A stretch of 64,000 bases of DNA from Spongiibacter sp. (GTDB lineage Bacteria; Pseudomonadota; Gammaproteobacteria; Pseudomonadales; Spongiibacteraceae): contig NZ_JBFIGO010000003.1 of assembly GCF_041602295.1 (NCBI RefSeq), positions 6,115 to 70,114 on the forward strand, in the 5' to 3' direction. Positions 44,631 to 55,442 of the stretch are shown here, piece after piece (position 1 is the stretch's first letter; every line of letters starts with the position of its first letter). The position numbers and the translations under genes are program-made. The notes under the pieces were generated by a model. That model did not search any database. It worked only from the letters and a program-made list of their open reading frames with translations, and was not told the DNA's origin.

Positions 44631-45068
44631 CTACTGCTCCAACAGAAAGGTTACCGGACCGTCGTTGACCAGGCTGATCTGCATGTCGGCGCCAAACTCA
44701 CCGCTGGCCAGTTTACTGTGCCGCGCCTCCAGCCAGACCAGCGCATGGTCGTAGAGCTGCTTCGCCCGCTGCGGCTCTGCGGCGGTTGAAAACCCAGGCC
44801 GGCGCCCCTTGCCGGTCTCGGCAGCCAGCGTAAACTGCGACACCAGTAACAAGCCGCCATCAACATCTCTAAGCGAGCAATTCATGCGCCCTTGCTCGTC
44901 AGCAAACACGCGATAGTTCAGCAAGCGCTCCAGTAATTTTTCCAGCACCGACTCATCGTCCGCTTTCTCAATACCGAGAAATACCAGCAACCCCTGGTCA
45001 ATTTCGCCGATACAACTGCCGTCGACGTCCACACGGGCGCTGCGCACCCGCTGCAATAAGGCTTTCAT
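44631..45068 (-). CDS. dtd: D-aminoacyl-tRNA deacylase
   Basis: MKALLQRV, VSQFTL, GRRPGF and NDGPVT motifs. Confidence 0.95.
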   Translation of the reverse strand: MKALLQRVRSARVDVDGSCIGEIDQGLLVFLGIEKADDESVLEKLLERLLNYRVFADEQGRMNCSLRDVDGGLLLVSQFTLAAETGKGRRPGFSTAAEPQRAKQLYDHALVWLEARHSKLASGEFGADMQISLVNDGPVTFLLEQ

Positions 45069-45113
45069 CGCTTTCCTGTATTACTGTTGATTCGCTGAAT
45101 CGCCGCGCCGCGC

Positions 45114-46091
45114 TCAGGCGCCTTCGCCGGAAAACTGCCGCACCAAGACCTCGGCAATCTCATCGGTCGCCTTCACCAAGGCATCACTCATGCTCGGCTC
45201 AAACGCCGAGTGACCGGCATCGCGCACCACAAACAACTCGGCACTGGGCCAGCGTTCGTGAAGGCTCACGGCATTGTCCAAAGGGCAAATCATATCGTAG
45301 CGGCCGTGAACAATCACCGCCGGAACCTCTGCCAGCGCGGCCATATTGCCCAGCAAGTTATTTTCTTGAAGGTAGGGGTCACTGCGGAAAAAATGATTTT
45401 CGATGTGCGACATCGCCACCGCGGTGTGGGTGTCGAGCAAATGCTCCTCAACGTCATGGTTAGGCCGCAATGTAGAGCAGCGCGCCTCCCAGTGACACCA
45501 GGCCTTGGCCGCCGACATTTTCGCCAACTCATTATCACCGTGCAGCTGGCGATGGTAGGCGTCTATCCAGCTTTCGTCGGCGCGGCGATTCGCCACCTCG
45601 TCAAACTCCTGCCAGTAGTCGGGAAAGATACGGCTCGCCCCACCCTCGCAGTAAAACCAGCGCAGGTCCTCTGGCCTGGCGAGAAAAATCCCCCTCAGCA
45701 CCATGGCCAGCACCCGCTGGGGGTGGGCCTGGGCATAGGCAAGGCTCAGCGTCGATCCCCAGGAGCCGCCGAACAGCACCCAGTGATGAATACCCAAAAA
45801 CTCGCGAATGGCTTCAATGTCGTCGATCAGCGCCAACGTGTTGTTGCTCAACAGGCAGGCATGGGGCTCAGAGCGCCCACAGCCGCGCTGATCAAAGAGA
45901 ATGATGCGATAAATTTCCGGATCAAAAAAACAGCGGGACTTGGGACTACTGCCCGCACCGGGACCACCGTGCACAAACAGCACCGGAATCCCCTCGGGGT
46001 TGCCGGATTCTTCAAGATACAGAACGTGCGGGGACTGCACCGCCAGGCGGTGGGTCTGATAGGGTTTGATATCGGGATAGAGTGCCTGCAT
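45114..46091 (-). CDS. pip: Proline iminopeptidase
   Basis: HGGPGAG, FDQRGCGRS, FGGSWGSTL, HGRYD and AGHS motifs. Confidence 0.95.
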   Translation of the reverse strand: MQALYPDIKPYQTHRLAVQSPHVLYLEESGNPEGIPVLFVHGGPGAGSSPKSRCFFDPEIYRIILFDQRGCGRSEPHACLLSNNTLALIDDIEAIREFLGIHHWVLFGGSWGSTLSLAYAQAHPQRVLAMVLRGIFLARPEDLRWFYCEGGASRIFPDYWQEFDEVANRRADESWIDAYHRQLHGDNELAKMSAAKAWCHWEARCSTLRPNHDVEEHLLDTHTAVAMSHIENHFFRSDPYLQENNLLGNMAALAEVPAVIVHGRYDMICPLDNAVSLHERWPSAELFVVRDAGHSAFEPSMSDALVKATDEIAEVLVRQFSGEGA

Positions 46092-46175
46092 ACCTCGCAC
46101 CTGGATCGATTAACTACTGATCCTCAGTGTAGCGCAGTAGGGGGCGGGCTGCCGCCCCCAAAGTCCCTTATAGAC

Positions 46176-47984
46176 TTACTTGCCGGCGCGCTTGCGCTCG
46201 TTTTCCTTGAGCAACTTCTTGCGCAGGCGAATGCTCTTCGGCGTCACTTCCACCAATTCGTCATCCTCGACAAACTCCAGCGCCTGCTCCAGGGTGTGAA
46301 CCACCGGCGGAGTCAGGGTCAGCGCTTCATCGGTGCCCGAAGCGCGCACGTTGGTCAGCTGCTTGCCCTTGGTGGGGTTAACCACCAGGTCATTGCCGCG
46401 GCTGTGCAGACCGATAATCTGACCTTCGTAGACTTCTTCGGCGTGGCCGAGGAACAAACGGCCGCGATCCTGCAGGTTGAACAGACCGTAGCTCAAGGTC
46501 TTGCCCTTCACCATCGACACCATTACGCCGTTTTGGCGTTTGGCCATTTCGCCGCCCTTCACCTCACCGTAGTGATCGAACACGGTGGTCATAATGCCAC
46601 TGCCCGATGTCAGGGTGAGGAACTGGCCGCGGAAACCAATCAAGCCGCGTGCCGGTGCGATAAACTCCAGCTTAACGCGACCCTTGCCGTCAGGTTCCAT
46701 ATTGGTCATTTCGGCTTTGCGCAGGCCCATCTCTTCCATTACCGAGCCCTGGTGCTGCTCTTCAACGTCGATCACCACCTGCTCGTAAGGCTCTTGCAAC
46801 ACGCCGTCGATTTCTTTTTGTACCACTTCCGGACGCGACACACCCAGCTCAAAGCCTTCGCGGCGCATGGTTTCGATCAGTACTGACAGGTGCAATTCGC
46901 CGCGACCTGAGACCTTGAATTTGTCCGGGGTCTCACCCTGCTCAACACGCAGCGCCACGTTGTGGATCAGCTCTTGTTCGAGGCGGTCTTTGATATTACG
47001 GGTGGTAATAAACTTGCCTTCCAGACCAGCAAACGGCGAGTCGTTAACCTGGAAGGTCATGCTCACGGTCGGCTCATCAACGGTCAGCGCGGGCAGTGCC
47101 TCGGGCTGCGCCGGCGAACAGATCGTGTCGGAAATATTCAGACCTTCAATGCCGGTAATACACACAATGTCGCCGGCCTGCGCCTGCTCGACTTCGACGC
47201 GCTCCAGACCGTGATAACCCATCACCGTCAGCACGCGCCCCTTGCGCTGCTTGCCATCGGCACCCACCACAACCACCTGCTCGTTGGGCTTCATGGTGCC
47301 GCGGGTAATGCGACCGACACCGATAACGCCCACATAGCTGTTGTAGTCCAGCGCCGAGATCTGCATTTGCAGCGGGCCGTCGACATCAACGTCCGGCGAC
47401 GGGACTTTATCAACAATCATTTCAAACAGCGGCGTCATATCGTCCGCCAGCTCATCCGCTTCCGGACCGGCAATACCATTGAGGGCCGACGCGTAAATAA
47501 TCGGGAAGTCCAATTGCTCGTCGGTGGCGCCGAGGCGGTCGAACAGGTCAAACACCTGATCCATAACCCAGTCCGGGCGCGAACCCGGGCGATCCACCTT
47601 GTTGACGACAACAATCGGCTTCAAGCCGCGCTCAAAGGCCTTCTGCGTTACAAAGCGCGTCTGTGGCATGGGCCCGTCGACGGCGTCGACCAGCAGCAAT
47701 ACACAATCGACCATCGACAGCACGCGCTCAACCTCACCACCAAAGTCGGCGTGTCCAGGGGTGTCAACGATATTAATGCGGTAGTCGTTCCAGCGAATGG
47801 CGGTGTTCTTCGCCAGAATGGTAATGCCGCGCTCTTTCTCCTGATCGTTGGAGTCCATGATGCGCTCGGCATCCTGGTTGCGGCGGTCGAGGGTACCCGA
47901 CTGGCTCAGCAGTTTATCAACCAGTGTGGTTTTACCGTGGTCAACGTGGGCGATGATGGCGATATTGCGCAGCTTATCAATCAT
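46176..47984 (-). CDS. typA: Translational GTPase TypA/BipA
   Basis: [33 protein letters not shown] and GRGELHL motifs. True start is MIDKLRN at 47984. Confidence 0.97.
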   Translation of the reverse strand: MIDKLRNIAIIAHVDHGKTTLVDKLLSQSGTLDRRNQDAERIMDSNDQEKERGITILAKNTAIRWNDYRINIVDTPGHADFGGEVERVLSMVDCVLLLVDAVDGPMPQTRFVTQKAFERGLKPIVVVNKVDRPGSRPDWVMDQVFDLFDRLGATDEQLDFPIIYASALNGIAGPEADELADDMTPLFEMIVDKVPSPDVDVDGPLQMQISALDYNSYVGVIGVGRITRGTMKPNEQVVVVGADGKQRKGRVLTVMGYHGLERVEVEQAQAGDIVCITGIEGLNISDTICSPAQPEALPALTVDEPTVSMTFQVNDSPFAGLEGKFITTRNIKDRLEQELIHNVALRVEQGETPDKFKVSGRGELHLSVLIETMRREGFELGVSRPEVVQKEIDGVLQEPYEQVVIDVEEQHQGSVMEEMGLRKAEMTNMEPDGKGRVKLEFIAPARGLIGFRGQFLTLTSGSGIMTTVFDHYGEVKGGEMAKRQNGVMVSMVKGKTLSYGLFNLQDRGRLFLGHAEEVYEGQIIGLHSRGNDLVVNPTKGKQLTNVRASGTDEALTLTPPVVHTLEQALEFVEDDELVEVTPKSIRLRKKLLKENERKRAGK

Positions 47985-48175
47985 GGAGTGGGGTCGTCGT
48001 CGCAGAAATTTGGGCGCGCAGTATACACCAGCGGCGCCGAGATAAGCACAAATCCTCCGCATCATGGGCATATTGCCAGTGTTTAATCCGGCAATTGCCT
48101 CGCCGCGCGGCTTGGGGCCCTGCCCCTTTCCCGCTACAATTCGCCAAAAGCCTTTTCCCCCGATGGAATAATAAT

Positions 48176-49510
48176 ATGAGCAAAGCCCTGACGGCCCCCG
48201 AGGGCGTGACCTGGAAGTCGCGCTGGACATTCATTCTCGCCGCCACCGGTTCAGCCGTAGGACTGGGCAACATTTGGAAATTCCCCTATATCACCGGCGA
48301 ATATGGCGGCGGCGCCTTTGTGCTGACCTATCTGGCCTGCATCCTGATGATCGGCATTCCGGTGATGATCGCCGAGGTGATGATCGGTCGCGCCGGGCGC
48401 AGCAACCCAGCCGACGCCATGAGCCGACTGGCCAAGGAGAGCAAACGCAGCAGTTACTGGGGGCTGGTCGGCGTTGCCGGCGTGCTGTCGGGCCTGATGA
48501 TCATGATGTTTTACAGCGTAGTCGCCGGCTGGGCGCTGGACTATGTTGCCCAGAGTGCCAGCGGCGCCTACAGCGACCTCGATGCCGAGCAGATCGAGAG
48601 CAATTTCGGCCAGTTGCTGGCGAGCAACGGCCAGCAACTGCTGTGGCACAGCGTCTTCTGCCTGCTCACCGCCTCCGTGGTCGCCGCCGGCGTCACCAAG
48701 GGCATCGGCAAGGCCGTCGACATCCTGATGCCCATGCTATTTGTCTGCCTGCTGCTGCTGGTCGGCTACAGCGCGATCAACGGCGATTTCGCCGCCGGCC
48801 TGCACTTTATGTTCGACACCGATTTTAGCCGGCTCAATGGCGAGGCCATTCTGGTCGCCATGGGCCACGCCTTCTTTACCCTCAGCCTCGGCATGGGCGC
48901 CATCATGGCCTACGGCGCCTACTTTCCCGGCCACTCCTCCATCGGCAAAACCGTGCTGACCATCGCCGCACTGGACACCGTCATCGCCCTGCTGGCCGGT
49001 ATGGCAATGTTCCCGCTGGTGTTTGCCAACGACCTGGTGCCCGGCCAGGGCCCCGGCCTGATGTTTGTCACCCTGCCCATCGCCTTTTCAAACATGAGCG
49101 GCGGCCTGTTTTTCGGCACCTTATTTTTCACTCTGGTCAGCATCGCCGCGCTCAGCTCCTCGATCTCGCTGATCGAACCCGGCGTCGCCTGGCTGGAAAG
49201 GCACGGCTTTAATCGCCCGCTCGCCACCTTTGGCCTGGCCGGAACGGCCTGGCTGGGCGGCATTGCCAGCATTCACTACGAGGCGGTCTTTAACGCCCTG
49301 GACTACCTCACCGCCAATGTCATGCTGCCCCTTGGCGGCCTGCTGATTGCGATCTTTGTCGGCTGGCAAATGCCCGCGCCGCGAGTACTGGACGAAACCG
49401 GCATCGTCAGCAGCAGAGTGTTTAGCGCCTGGCGCTTCCTGTTGCGTTACATTGCCCCGCTGGGCATTATCGCCGTCTTTCTCCACAGCCTCGGCCTGCT
49501 CACCTGGTAA
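48176..49510 (+). CDS. Sodium-dependent transporter (NSS/SNF family)
   Basis: GSAVGLGNIWKFPY, GGGAF and AFFTLSLGMG motifs. Confidence 0.92.
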   Translation: MSKALTAPEGVTWKSRWTFILAATGSAVGLGNIWKFPYITGEYGGGAFVLTYLACILMIGIPVMIAEVMIGRAGRSNPADAMSRLAKESKRSSYWGLVGVAGVLSGLMIMMFYSVVAGWALDYVAQSASGAYSDLDAEQIESNFGQLLASNGQQLLWHSVFCLLTASVVAAGVTKGIGKAVDILMPMLFVCLLLLVGYSAINGDFAAGLHFMFDTDFSRLNGEAILVAMGHAFFTLSLGMGAIMAYGAYFPGHSSIGKTVLTIAALDTVIALLAGMAMFPLVFANDLVPGQGPGLMFVTLPIAFSNMSGGLFFGTLFFTLVSIAALSSSISLIEPGVAWLERHGFNRPLATFGLAGTAWLGGIASIHYEAVFNALDYLTANVMLPLGGLLIAIFVGWQMPAPRVLDETGIVSSRVFSAWRFLLRYIAPLGIIAVFLHSLGLLTW

Positions 49511-49545
49511 CTTGCCGGGCCGACAACAGCGATTAAGGAAGGACC

Positions 49546-49980
49546 GTGAACAACACCCTGCTGCGCGTTTTTATTATCGGCGGCCTTGTGCTCTTTGGCA
49601 GCCTCTACTACTACAGCGGCGAAGTTGAAGACAGCTATCGCGAGCCGGCGCGCAACTATCTGCAGCGCGCCCTGCTGAACATTTCCAGCTGGCAGGCCAG
49701 CGCACTGAAAACCGAGCTGAGCCGCCAGACCCTCGCCCATGTCAGCGACGCCCAATTGAGCTCACTGGTTGAGCAGTACCGCCACCTGGGCCGCTACCAG
49801 CGCATGGACGAACTGCGCTTTTCACGGCTCAGCGGCGCCCTGTCGCTGTTTGCCGAGGCGCCACGACTGAGTTACAGCAGCAAGATTTATTTCGAGAAGG
49901 GCGCGGCCATTATGACCGCCACACTGACCCTGCAAGACCAGCGCTTAAAACTCTATAACTTTAATCTGGCCACCCCCTAG
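49546..49980 (+). CDS. Hypothetical membrane-anchored protein
   Basis: GTG start with RBS AGGAAGGA; one N-terminal TM helix; beta-rich C-terminus (DUF4019/NTF2-like is only a guess). Confidence 0.6.
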   Translation: MNNTLLRVFIIGGLVLFGSLYYYSGEVEDSYREPARNYLQRALLNISSWQASALKTELSRQTLAHVSDAQLSSLVEQYRHLGRYQRMDELRFSRLSGALSLFAEAPRLSYSSKIYFEKGAAIMTATLTLQDQRLKLYNFNLATP

Positions 49981-49991
49981 GGCAGCCATCG

Positions 49992-50411
49992 CTAAGACAG
50001 CAACAGCGCCCGCTGCAGAATATCGCGCGCGGCGCCGGCAATGGCCTGCGAGCGGTGCTCGGCATCGACATGCACCAGCGTTGCCTCCCCCTCCGCCACC
50101 AGCTGCTCACCGTCCTCGCTGTACAGCGCCTGACGCAGACTGAAGCTGCTATTACCCAGACGAGACACCCAGGCGCGGGCGCGCAGCGCCTTGCCGTGGC
50201 GCCACTCGCGGCGATAATTCAAACCGATCGCGGCGATCACCAGGCGAAAGCCACCTACCGCCGCCATCGCCTCGCTGCGCAACCAGCGCACCCGCGCCTC
50301 CTCAAGATAGGAGAAATAGCTGACATGGTTGATATGTCCGAGACTGTCCTGGTCGGCCCAGCGCGGCTCGATCAGCACATCGAATAATGGCTCTGCGCTA
50401 ACCCCACTCAT
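49992..50411 (-). CDS. Acyl-CoA thioesterase (4HBT/hotdog family)
   Basis: RWADQDSLGHINHVSYFSYLEEAR and GNSSF motifs; ATGA overlap with thiI. Confidence 0.88.
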   Translation of the reverse strand: MSGVSAEPLFDVLIEPRWADQDSLGHINHVSYFSYLEEARVRWLRSEAMAAVGGFRLVIAAIGLNYRREWRHGKALRARAWVSRLGNSSFSLRQALYSEDGEQLVAEGEATLVHVDAEHRSQAIAGAARDILQRALLLS

Positions 50412-51862
50412 GACGGCCGGTACACCTTAATATTCGTGTAGCCCTGATCCAGCAGGTGCGCCGCGTGCAGGCGACTCATCACCCCCTTGTCGCAATACAG
50501 CTGATAAACCGTATTGCTGTCCAGCTCGCTGCAGCGCTTGTGCAACTCGTAAAACGGCAGGCACTGCACTGCATTGCGCTCCAGCTTGAGCGGCTGGCGG
50601 TCGACTTCATCGGGGTGGCGCACGTCCAGAATCACCGCCTCGGCCAGCGGAATCGGCAGCACCTCAACATCGGTATGACTGACCTCCTCGTCGGCCAGCT
50701 GATCGATATTGCTGTAACGGGCCGCGGCAATGGCTCGCTCCAACACGGCAAAATCAAACTTCGCCTCCTCGTGGGCAATGCGCTCGGGGCGCGCCCGCGT
50801 GGTCGGCTTCACCGAGATCACCCCGCAGTACTCCGGCATATTGGCGGCAAACTGCTCGGTGCCAATGCGCGCAGCGGTGTTAATGATATCCAGCTTGTCG
50901 GCGGTAATCAGCGGTCTCAGCACCAGGGTATCGGTCACCTGGTCGATGATCGACAAATTGGTCAGCGTCTGGCTGCTGACCTGCGACACCGCCTCACCGG
51001 TCACCAGCGCCGGCGACTCCAGCTCGGCCGCCACGCGCTCGGCGGCGCGCAGCATCATGCGCTTGAGCACCACCCCCATCTGCGAATTGTCGACATTCTT
51101 AAGGATCTCGGCCACCACATCCTCGAAGGGCACAGTGATAAACTTCACCCGGTGCGAGGCGCCAAACTTCTGCCACAGGTACAGCGCCACCTCTTTTACA
51201 CCCACCTCGTGCTCGCGACCGCCGAGATTAAAGAAGCAAAAGTGGGTGCGCATGCCGCGCTTCATGGTCATGTAACTGGACACCGTGGAATCAAAGCCGC
51301 CGGAGATCAAGCTGACCACCGAGTCCACTGTACCAATGGGGTAGCCCCCCAGCCCCTCGTGGCGCCGCTTCACCACGCAAAACTGGTCGTGGCGCACCTC
51401 AATGCGCACCACCTCATCCGGGTTCTTAAGCTTGACCCCCGCCGAGGGCACATGCTGATTCAGACCGCCGCCGACATAGCGCTCCACCTCGCCCGAATTG
51501 AAATCGTGGCTGCCGGTGCGCTTGCAGCGCACCGCAAAGGTCTTGCCCTGCAGGCTGTCGCCCACCGCCTCGCGGGTCTTCTCATAAATGTCGTGGACAT
51601 CGACCAGCGGGTACTCCGCCACCTCGATCACATGGGCAATGCCCGGCGTATTGCGCAGCACCGCCAGCATGGCCGCCACCGACGCCTCATCGTCGCAACG
51701 CGTGTCAATGGTAATGCGATCCCACTCGCGCAGAATCTCCAACTCGGGATCAATCGGCCGCAACAGCTTGCGCAAATTATCCCGCAGCTGCTTAATAAAC
51801 TTCTTGCGAACCGGCTTGCTCTTGATAATGATTTCGGGAAAGAGCTTAACGACAAACTTCAT
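50408..51862 (-). CDS. thiI: tRNA 4-thiouridine synthase with C-terminal rhodanese domain
   Basis: THUMP domain, LISGGFDS PP-loop, MPEYCGVIS and LYCDKGVMSRLHA motifs. Confidence 0.96.
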   Translation of the reverse strand: MKFVVKLFPEIIIKSKPVRKKFIKQLRDNLRKLLRPIDPELEILREWDRITIDTRCDDEASVAAMLAVLRNTPGIAHVIEVAEYPLVDVHDIYEKTREAVGDSLQGKTFAVRCKRTGSHDFNSGEVERYVGGGLNQHVPSAGVKLKNPDEVVRIEVRHDQFCVVKRRHEGLGGYPIGTVDSVVSLISGGFDSTVSSYMTMKRGMRTHFCFFNLGGREHEVGVKEVALYLWQKFGASHRVKFITVPFEDVVAEILKNVDNSQMGVVLKRMMLRAAERVAAELESPALVTGEAVSQVSSQTLTNLSIIDQVTDTLVLRPLITADKLDIINTAARIGTEQFAANMPEYCGVISVKPTTRARPERIAHEEAKFDFAVLERAIAAARYSNIDQLADEEVSHTDVEVLPIPLAEAVILDVRHPDEVDRQPLKLERNAVQCLPFYELHKRCSELDSNTVYQLYCDKGVMSRLHAAHLLDQGYTNIKVYRPS

Positions 51863-51930
51863 TTCAATACCGCGGCGATGACTGGGCGGGCATTATACCG
51901 TGACAGCGGCTGCGCTTCAGCCATGCCTAA

Positions 51931-51968
51931 CGCACCAAAATAATGCAGCAAAGCACCATATTGGTGCT
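51931..51968. promoter_or_regulatory. Tandem NtrC binding sites
   Basis: CGCACCAAAATAATGCA (51931-47) and AGCACCATATTGGTGCT (51952-68), against the consensus TGCACCA-N3-TGGTGCA. Confidence 0.85.
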
Positions 51969-52048
51969 AACATGCATCATAAGCGCGCCCTCTCGGGGCA
52001 AAAACCCTCGCAGCGGCAAATATTGCGCAAAAAACCAGCACAAAAATA

Positions 52049-52064
52049 TGGCATGCATATTGCT
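52049..52064 (+). promoter_or_regulatory. Sigma-54 promoter of glnA
   Basis: TGGCATGCATATTGCT: GG (52050-51)-N10-GC (52062-63). Confidence 0.85.
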
Positions 52065-52234
52065 CTAGTGTTCCCGAACAGCAACTGCCGGGCCACCGCC
52101 CTGCAAAGCAAATGTGCGTTTACTTTCGGTTCACTGCAGATGCGGCTATGCGGCACCTCGCAATGAACCTATAATCGCCACTGCCTCGGCTCAGCCGAAT
52201 CGACTACAAGACTCTATATTGGAGGATGTTAAGA

Positions 52235-53641
52235 ATGTCAGAGAATACTCTGAAGTTAATCGCCGATAATGACGTGAAGTGGGCGGACCTGCGCTTCACC
52301 GACACTAAAGGTAAGGAACAGCACGTCACCATGCCGGTGGGCGAAATCGACGCAGGCTTCTTTGAAGAAGGCAAAATGTTCGACGGCTCATCCATCGCTG
52401 GCTGGAAAGGCATTAACGAGTCAGACATGATCCTCATGCCAGACGACGAGGCCTCTGTACTGGACCCGTTCACCGACGAGCCCACTGTTATCATCCGCTG
52501 CGGCATCGTTGAGCCTTCTACCATGCAGGGCTACAACCGCGACCCGCGCTCTATCGCTCAGCGCGCCGAAGACTACATGCGCTCTGCCGGCATCGCCGAC
52601 GGCGCCCTGTTTGGCCCCGAGCCCGAGTTCTTTGTATTTGACGACGTCAAATGGAAAGTCGCAATGGAAGGCGCCAGCTACGCCATCTCTTCTGACGAAG
52701 CGGCCTGGGTATCTGGCAACAACTTCGAAGAAGGCAACACTGGCCACCGTCCAGGCGTCAAAGGTGGTTACTTCCCCGTACCGCCAGTCGACAGCCTGCA
52801 CGACCTGCGTGGCGCCATGTGTAACGCCATGGACGACATGGGTCTGGAAATTGAAGTACACCACCACGAAGTCGGCACTGCCGGTCAGTGTGAAATCGGT
52901 GTTGGCCCGAACTCTGCCGTTAAAAAAGCCGACGAAGTACAGATTCTCAAGTACTGTGTCCACAACGTCGCTCACGCCTACGGCAAAACTGCGACTTTCA
53001 TGCCCAAGCCTATCGTTGGCGACAACGGCAGCGGCATGCACGTACACATGTCTCTGAGCAAAGACGGCCAGAACCTGTTCACCGGTGACGCTTACGGCGG
53101 CCTGTCTGAAACTGCCCTGTACTACATCGGCGGTATCATCAAGCACGCTCGCGCCATCAACGCCTTCACCAACGCTTCTACCAACTCGTACAAGCGCCTG
53201 GTTCCCGGCTTTGAAGCCCCGGTTATGCTGGCATACTCTGCTCGCAACCGTTCAGCCTCTATCCGCATCCCCTTCATCAGCAACCCGAAGGCACGTCGCG
53301 TAGAAGTTCGCTTCCCAGATCCCTCTGCGAACCCCTACCTGGCCTTTGCCGCCCTGCTGATGGCTGGCCTTGACGGCATCCAGAACAAGATCCACCCCGG
53401 CGATGCCGCCGACAAGGATCTGTACGACCTGCCCGCAGAAGAAGCAGCAAACATCCCAACTGTTGCCTCTAGCCTCGAGCAAGCTCTGCAGGCTCTGGAC
53501 GCAGACCGCGCCTTCTTGACCGCTGGCGGCGTATTCGACGACGACATGATCGACGCTTACATCGAGCTGAAATCACAAGAAATCGAGCGCCTGAACATGA
53601 CAACTCACCCCGTTGAGTTCGACATGTACTACAGCGTATAA
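52235..53641 (+). CDS. glnA: Glutamine synthetase type I
   Basis: [41 protein letters not shown] and adenylylation-site DKDLYDLP motifs. Confidence 0.98.
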   Translation: MSENTLKLIADNDVKWADLRFTDTKGKEQHVTMPVGEIDAGFFEEGKMFDGSSIAGWKGINESDMILMPDDEASVLDPFTDEPTVIIRCGIVEPSTMQGYNRDPRSIAQRAEDYMRSAGIADGALFGPEPEFFVFDDVKWKVAMEGASYAISSDEAAWVSGNNFEEGNTGHRPGVKGGYFPVPPVDSLHDLRGAMCNAMDDMGLEIEVHHHEVGTAGQCEIGVGPNSAVKKADEVQILKYCVHNVAHAYGKTATFMPKPIVGDNGSGMHVHMSLSKDGQNLFTGDAYGGLSETALYYIGGIIKHARAINAFTNASTNSYKRLVPGFEAPVMLAYSARNRSASIRIPFISNPKARRVEVRFPDPSANPYLAFAALLMAGLDGIQNKIHPGDAADKDLYDLPAEEAANIPTVASSLEQALQALDADRAFLTAGGVFDDDMIDAYIELKSQEIERLNMTTHPVEFDMYYSV

Positions 53642-53656
53642 GGCTCCGGCCGCGCG

Positions 53657-53684
53657 AAAAGCCCGCTTCGGCGGGCTTTTTTTT
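53657..53684. terminator. Terminator after glnA (possibly bidirectional)
   Basis: AAAAGCCCGC-TTCG-GCGGGCTTTTTTTT. Confidence 0.88.
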
Positions 53685-53864
53685 CATCGTAAATTGGCAT
53701 GTAAAAATGGGAGGCGAAGCGGTTAGCTTTGAGTTCGCCATAACGAACCCGCTCGAAAGGTCATCAAGCAAAGTCGCCGGCTGCCGGGATAACGACTACC
53801 TCATGGCGATAAACGCTGCGCTCAACGGTACAGCGCGACGAACCTTGTTATTCTCGACGCCGCA

Positions 53865-55220
53865 CTACTGAATACCAAAGGCCAACATAGCATCCGCCAC
53901 CTTTTTGAAACCCGCGATATTGGCGCCCTTGGCATAGTCCACATAACCGTCTGGGCGCTTTGCGTACTCGAGGCAGTTACTGTGAATATTCAACATAATA
54001 TCGCGCAACAGGCCCTGCAACTCCTCCTCCCTTAGCATCAAGCGCGTACTGTTCTGACTCATTTCCAAGCCGGAAACCGCCACACCGCCGGCATTGGCCG
54101 CCTTGGCCGGACCAAACAGCACCCGCGCATCGCGAAACACCTTCACACCATCGTTGGTAGTGGGCATATTCGCGCCCTCCACCACCGCCTTCACGCCGTT
54201 TTTAACCAGCAACTCTGCATCCGCTTTGCTCAGCTCATTCTGCGTGGCACAGGGCAAGGCAACATCACAGGGCACTTTCCATGGCCGCTCCCCCTCATGG
54301 AAGGTCGCGCCGGGAAACTCCGCCACATAGTCAGCCAGCTGACCGCTTCGATGCCCCTTGTGCGCCATCACCCAGTGAACTTTTTCCAACGTAAAGCCGT
54401 CCGGGTCATGCACGAAGCCACCGGAATCCGACATGGTTACCACCTTGGCCCCCAACTGCACGGCCTTTTCCGCGGCGTGAGTGGCCACATTTCCGGAGCC
54501 GGACACCGCAACCACCTTGCCTTCCACCACGTCGTTACTGTGCTTGAGCATGTCCTCCAGGAAATAAACAACGCCGTAACCCGTGGACTCCTTACGCACC
54601 AGGCTGCCCCCCCACTCCAGCCCTTTGCCCGTCAACACTCCTACATAGCGGTTGGTAATGCGCTTGTACTGGCCGAACATATAGCCTATTTCCCGCGCAC
54701 CCACGCCAATGTCACCTGCCGGCACATCGGTGTGCTCACCCACGTGGCGGTAGAGCTCGGTCATAAAGGATTGGCAAAAACGCATGACTTCGTTATCAGA
54801 CTTGCCCTTCGGATTGAAGTCGGAGCCCCCTTTTCCGCCCCCCATCGCCAAGCCCGTCAGACTATTCTTGAAGGTTTGCTCAAAGGCGAGAAACTTGAGA
54901 ATGCTCTGATTGACACTGCGATGGAAACGCAAGCCCCCTTTATACGGCCCAATCGCGTTGTTGTTTTGCACCCTATAGCCCCGCTGCACCCGAACGTTAC
55001 CGCAGTCATCCTCCCAGCAGACACGGAAGGAAACCACCCGATCCGGCTCCGCGATTCGGCGTAGAATCTGCGCTGCGTGATAAACCTCCTTGTCTTCGAT
55101 GAAGTCGAAAATATCGACAGCAACCTCATAAACGGCCTGGTGAAACTCGGTTTCGCCGGGATTTCGACGCAGCACCCCGTCCATAAACTGCTCAAGATTA
55201 ACGTGATCGGATACGGCCAT
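53865..55220 (-). CDS. gdhA: NADP-specific glutamate dehydrogenase
   Basis: GPYKGGLRFH, GGGKGGSDF, DVPAGDIGVG, GSGNVA and EGANMP motifs; start MAVSDH with RBS GAGGGG. Confidence 0.95.
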   Translation of the reverse strand: MAVSDHVNLEQFMDGVLRRNPGETEFHQAVYEVAVDIFDFIEDKEVYHAAQILRRIAEPDRVVSFRVCWEDDCGNVRVQRGYRVQNNNAIGPYKGGLRFHRSVNQSILKFLAFEQTFKNSLTGLAMGGGKGGSDFNPKGKSDNEVMRFCQSFMTELYRHVGEHTDVPAGDIGVGAREIGYMFGQYKRITNRYVGVLTGKGLEWGGSLVRKESTGYGVVYFLEDMLKHSNDVVEGKVVAVSGSGNVATHAAEKAVQLGAKVVTMSDSGGFVHDPDGFTLEKVHWVMAHKGHRSGQLADYVAEFPGATFHEGERPWKVPCDVALPCATQNELSKADAELLVKNGVKAVVEGANMPTTNDGVKVFRDARVLFGPAKAANAGGVAVSGLEMSQNSTRLMLREEELQGLLRDIMLNIHSNCLEYAKRPDGYVDYAKGANIAGFKKVADAMLAFGIQ

Positions 55221-55442
55221 GCTCGATTCCCCTCGCGTAAGGCAGTCCTCTATAAGTAATAGACGGCCTGACAGTGTTCGGCCACATTCCTCGCAAACAC
55301 CACACCCACCGCGGGACGGTAAGCTATACTCCTTTTCATCGGGGGTTACCATTGGCGTCGCATTTCGACGCACACCCCAGGACAAACCACCGGAACAAGG
55401 TAGCTAGGGGACACACCATGATGGGTCAGGTGGGGTGATCCA

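Noticed and set aside
52075-52234. Long glnA leader as a glutamine riboswitch
   Set aside because: No recognisable glnA-motif consensus; the NtrC/sigma-54 promoter already explains regulation.
46176-55385. N-terminally extended ORF calls (typA from 48230, gdhA from 55385; also acyl-CoA dehydrogenase from 28710 and cbrA from 9447)
   Set aside because: The extensions are unconserved-looking and lack RBS; downstream starts match family N-termini.
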